Positions 59,658-64,000 of a DNA stretch of 64,000 bases are shown here, piece after piece. The position numbers and the translations under genes are program-made. Positions within the stretch are counted from its first letter, which is position 1, and each line of letters starts with the position of its first letter. The notes beneath the pieces were generated by a model. The model saw only the letters and a list, made by a program, of their open reading frames with translations, made no database searches and had not been told where the DNA came from. Location: assembly GCA_002269645.1 (NCBI GenBank), contig NIVC01000591.1:62001-126000 (forward strand), written 5' to 3'. Source of the stretch: Macrostomum lignano. Its lineage: Eukaryota.

Positions 59658-61876
59658 ATGAAATTTCTGAGCATTCTGGCGCTCCTGGTGCTGGCGACCG
59701 CCGTTCTCGGCGCCCGCCTTCCCGAGACCTCGGCCGTGGCGCGGACGTTCTCCGACGATGAGAACGAGTCGCTGAACCAGTACATCAAGGCTCTGCTGGA
59801 GAACCTCAAGGAGGAGATGCCGAACGGCATTCCAGACCTCAACATCCCGCCGCTGGAGCCGCTGCACCTGCCGGAGATCTACGCCGACATTGAGGAGGGC
59901 ATGGCCAAGGTGCGCCTGCACATGCTGGACCTGCTGATCGAGGGCCTGTCCGGATTTGTTGTCCGCGAGGTCAAAGGCGACCTGAACACCATGAGCTTCT
60001 CCTTGGACCTGTTCCTGCCCGAGATCACCGGCCAGAGCTACTACGATATGGATGTGAGTTGGCTAGCGCGCTCTGCAGCTACTGCTAGTAGCTTAGTGGC
60101 GAATGTTGGAACTGTTTTTTAAACGCGACCGCGATTCCACCCAGCTGTGAGCTTGTAGTTTCCTGACTCATTGCTCTGAGGCATATAATGAGTTTATAAG
60201 GTCCGTAATAACCTGAGGGTGTTCGTTAGTTACTTACTGACTCAGCTCCTGACTCAGCTCCTGACTCAACTCCTGACTCAGCTCCTGACTCAGCTCCTGA
60301 CTCAGCTCCTGACTCAACTCCTGACTCAGCTCCTGACTCAGCTCCTGACTCAGCTCCTGACTCAACTCCTGACTCAGCTCCTGACTCAGCTCCTGACTCA
60401 GCTCCTGACTCAACTCCTGACTCAGCTCCTGACTCAGCTCCTGACTCAGCTCCTGACTCAACTCCTGACTCAGCTCCTGACTCAGCTCCTGACTCAGCTC
60501 CTGAGTAAGTTAATGAGTAAGTTCCTGAGAAAGTTAATGAGTAAGTTCCTGAGTAAGTTAATGAGTAAGTTCCTGAGTAAGTTTAATGAGTAAGTTCCTG
60601 AGTAAGTTAATGAGTAAGTTCCTGAGTAAGTTAATGAGTAAGTTCCTGAGTAAGTTAATGAGTAAGTTCCTGAGAAAGTTAATGAGTAAGTTTCTGAGAA
60701 AGTTAATGAGTAAGTTCCTGAGTAAGTTTATTAGTAAGTTAATGAGTAAGGTAATGAGTAAGGTAATGAGTAAGGTAATGAGTAAGGTAATGAGTAAGCT
60801 CCTGAGGGACTTCATGAGTGAGTTTATGCGCAGCTCTAAACGCTCCCTATTTAAAAGCATTTTCTGAATCTCAACGCATCGCGGATTTCCAGGGCAAGGT
60901 GCTCATTTTCCCGCTGTACGGCCGCGGTATGGCCGGCCTGAAGGTGAACGATCTGCACTTCAAAGGCACCGCCCGCATCGTCATCAAGGATATGGAGAGC
61001 ATCCAGCTGGATCACTTCAACATCCACGTCGAGTTCTCGCAGATCCAAATCTACCTGGAGAACATCGTCGGCGGCGGTAACCTTGGCAACGTGGTGAACA
61101 CCCTGCTGAACATGCTGGGCAAGCTGCTATACGACAAGTTCCGGGACCAGATCCTGCCTCCGCTGAACAACATCATCAAGAACGCGCTGAACGAGCAGCT
61201 GGCCAAGATCAAGCTGTCCGACCTCATCGGAGGCATCGGCCGGGCGCCCCGCAGCCGCTTCAGCGTGTCCCCGGTCCAGGACTCCGTCAACACTTACGTC
61301 GACATGCTGATGGAGAACCTGCGCCCCTTCATGCGCGACAACGGCATGGACCCGCTGAGCCTGCCGAACCTGTCCACCAGCTTCTCCAAGAAGATCTGGT
61401 TCGTCACCTGGCGCGGAGGTGCCAGCATTAGCCAGGGCCAGCTGCGCAGCCTCTCCAGCATCCACCGCACCGGCAACTTCGGCTTGGACCAGTCGGGCAA
61501 CCGCCTCACCATTGACGGCTCCGTGGGAGTGAACCAGCTGTGGGGCAGCTTCAGGGCCCTTGCCTGGTTCATGTCCATCCGCATCTCTGCCGGCATCCAG
61601 CTGACCGTCCAGCGGATTCGAGTTCGCGCCCGCCTGCACGCCGACGTCAGCGACCTGAAGGCGGTGCTGGACCTCTTCAAAATCTCCGAGATCTCCAACA
61701 TCGGCGTGAAGGTCAGCGGCCTGGGCCCTCTGAACTGGATTCTGGGCCCCATCGCCACTCTGGTTGTCAACGGAGTTCGCGGCAAAATTGCCCAGGCCAT
61801 TGAGAGCCCGGTGAAGGCGAAGGTTAACGAGTTGCTACAGAACCTGCAGATGCCCAACTTCAGCCAGATGCACTGA
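59658..61876 (+). CDS. Secreted two-domain TULIP lipid-binding protein: JHBP/takeout domain + group 7 allergen (Der p 7-like) domain, 459 aa
   Basis: Exons 59658-60053 and 60893-61876 (phase 0, GT-AG). Signal peptide; JHBP-type GIPDLNIPPLEPL, YDMDGKVLIFPLYGRG, LENIVGGGNLGNVVNTLLN; second domain VNTYVDMLMENLRP...DPLSLP, SFSKKIW...GQLRSLSSIHRTG, VSGLGPLNWIL. AATAAA at 61956. Family call is from recalled motifs, not a search. Confidence 0.82.
60232..60815. repeat. Two adjoining 12-nt minisatellites in the JHBP-like gene intron
   Basis: GACTCAGCTCCT copies to ~60505, then GAGTAAGTT(CCT/AAT) and GAGTAAGGTAAT copies. Confidence 0.95.
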
Positions 61877-62289
61877 GCCAGTTCGAGTTGAGAGAGACAC
61901 AAGCAGGATATTAACTAACTGTGTGCTTCTGTGCACTTTTGAGTTTGAATTATGAAATAAACAAATTATAAGCTATGCTCATGTTGTTACATTATTGATT
62001 GTTTATCAAGGGCAAAGTAAAGCTAAGAAGTTTTGTTGTGGCGTTAGCCGCAAAGCAAAATTACTCCCAATACTCAGGCAGTGACTCCAGACGCAGCAGG
62101 GGTGGGTCGAAATCCTGGGATTGTAGGAAAGTTCCGTTTTAAATTAAACTGAATATCGTACTTAGCATCCTCACAGATATTTGTTAGATTTCACTTGCAC
62201 TGTCTAGACTTGATATCACATTGCCAACATAATTCCACAACCTATATCTCCCAATGGGAGTTCAGCTCCCAATTCCCATACCCTTCGCA

Positions 62290-62520
62290 TTCCATGCATC
62301 TCCCTGCATCCCCCTGCATCTCCTTGCATCCCATGCATCCCCATGCATCCCCCTGCATCTCCCTGCATCCCATGCTTCTCCGTGCATCTCCATGCATCCC
62401 CCTGCATCTCCCTGCATCCCATGCTTCTCCTTGCATCTCCATGCATCCCCCTGCATCTCCCTGCATCCCATGCTTCTCCGTGCATCTCCTTGCATCTCCA
62501 TGCATCTCCCTGCATTTCCC
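62290..62520. repeat. CCCTGCATC/CCATGCATC minisatellite
   Basis: Direct reading of tandem copies. Confidence 0.9.
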
Positions 62521-63124
62521 TACATCTTCTTCAACTAATTCCCCCAAGAATCTCCCTGATCCCTCTTCGTCCACGCATCTTCATACATCCATGCCTATCC
62601 CCATCCCTCTTTGAGTGAGAGATTCGAATACCTGTCTCTGAGAAGTCAAACCAATTCATGCCATTTTGCAGCCCTGACCCCCGATAACGTTGCTGACCCA
62701 AAGGCTGCTTAAGCCAATTGTCACGCAAGCCCAGTTACTGAGGTCAAGTTTGACTTTCATCTCAGGTTGTGAAGCTGTCTGCTTAACAGCCTGAGTACCG
62801 ATTGCTGCCCAGTAATTAGCAGTTAATTTCTGTAGCGCAGTCTTGGCAACCGGAGAACCGCAATGTTTAACTTTCTAACTACTGACAAATTGGAGTAGTA
62901 TGCGATAACCGGCCACTGATTTGTTTATTTTTACACACACGTCCGAACTTCTGAAATATAATAATAGAACTAATTAGGCGACAATGCCTGAGGTGAACTG
63001 GTCTCGTATTCACTGCAGACTGAACCCGTTGTGAGGCCTTCCGGTTAGCTTGTTGGTGTTGGTTACATGTGACTGCGGCTGGCTGCTTGTGGAGTTCAAT
63101 GGTTTACAGATTTGAAGGGCCTGG

Positions 63125-63385
63125 TGGGGAGATGCGTGAGATAGAGGGTGGGAGATGTGGGATAGAGGGTGGGAGATGTGGGATAGAGGGTGGGAGATGT
63201 GGGATAGAGGGTGGGAGATGTGGGATAGAGGGTGGGAAATGTGGGATCGAGGGTGGGAGATGTGGGATAGAGGGTAGGAGATGTGGGATCGAGGGGCGAG
63301 ATGTGGGATCGAGGGTGGGAGATGTGGGATCGAGGGTGGGAGATGTGGGATCGAGGGGCGAGATGTGGGATCGAGGGTTGGAGAT
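63125..63385. repeat. 21-nt G-rich minisatellite
   Basis: GGGAT(A/C)GAGGGTGGGAGATGT copies. Confidence 0.93.
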
Positions 63386-63640
63386 CTGAGTTAGAGGGTG
63401 TAAAATTATTATAGAATACAACACAGTACAATTTAATACAAGTCGTATAAGAAACGTTTTAATGTATTTTAATGCGGTTATCAGAATTAAACCAAATGTA
63501 AAATGTAAAAACATTGCTCACTTTTAACCACCAATCTGCGAGATCGACTCTCTGTACCTTTCCCTCCTGTTAATTCCCTTCTGCAAGCAGCAACTGCTGC
63601 TAATTCCCTCAGACCCCAACTGCTATTCCATCCGGTACAG

Positions 63641-63949
63641 AGTTGGCACCATTCAGCGGGGGTCCGGGGGTCACCCGGCCGTCGCGCCGACCCCCGCAGC
63701 GCTCGCAGCCGCCGCAGCCGCGCCCGCCTCGTGCCGCTGCCGCCCCCCGCTGTGCCGCAGAGTCCCAGGCTGAAAACCCGAGCGTCACTGCAGCTGGGGG
63801 ATTTGCGGCTCTCCGCAGCTCAACTGTCTATGGCCGGCCTCCCGCTGCGGCTGGGGACTCTCATTGGCTCTGAGCTGCCAGCCAATAGGAGCGAAGCTGC
63901 CCCCACTCAGCCTGAGGCGGCTGGGTTGGCGACCTGGGAGACACCATAA
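63641..63949 (+). other. GC-rich possible terminal exon of unknown product
   Basis: Follows a pyrimidine tract and CAG at 63638-63640; one frame is open to TAA at 63949. No recognisable domain and no upstream exon identified. Confidence 0.25.
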
Positions 63950-64000
63950 AACTGTGGCTCACCAGAAATGTTGGTTCTTCATTGTTGCTGAGCACTGAGT

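Noticed and set aside
61051-61902. Antisense ORFs of 80-200 aa over the JHBP-like exon (similar ones over the PAN+LamG, RING and MCM7 exons)
   Set aside because: Shadow ORFs caused by high GC3 codon bias of the real gene.
62670-62715. Possible short terminal exon (LTPDNVADPKAA*) after the 62.3 kb array
   Set aside because: No upstream partner exon or donor identified.

Overview
Animal genomic DNA with GT-AG introns; no CRISPR, rRNA or complete tRNA gene was found. Bases 1-28 kb are an accessory region. It holds three same-strand copies of a secreted F-type lectin (fucolectin/F5-8C) gene (one intact, one pseudogene, one split by a 5.2 kb intron that contains a nested intronless PAN+LamG gene), an intronless neprilysin, and decayed LINE, Gypsy, BEL/Pao, solo-LTR and SINE insertions. 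Bases 28-64 kb hold a compact gene run: MCM7 (8 exons), a RING-HC E3 ligase, a divergent CNOT9/RCD1, a universal stress protein, an orphan acidic secreted peptide, and a two-domain JHBP/takeout + Der p 7-like lipid-binding protein. Almost every intron in this run is filled by its own minisatellite. The host cannot be proven from sequence alone. The minisatellite-rich introns, USP gene and PAN/F-lectin proteins suggest a non-arthropod invertebrate such as the flatworm Macrostomum (inference). Top leads: (1) intronic tandem arrays whose monomers carry or duplicate splice signals, (2) an arthropod-type JHBP/Der p 7 gene in an apparently non-arthropod locus, head-to-head with an orphan secreted peptide, (3) the F-lectin/PAN cluster with a nested gene and a templated-insertion repair scar. 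Exon coordinates were derived by hand from splice sites and reading frame.
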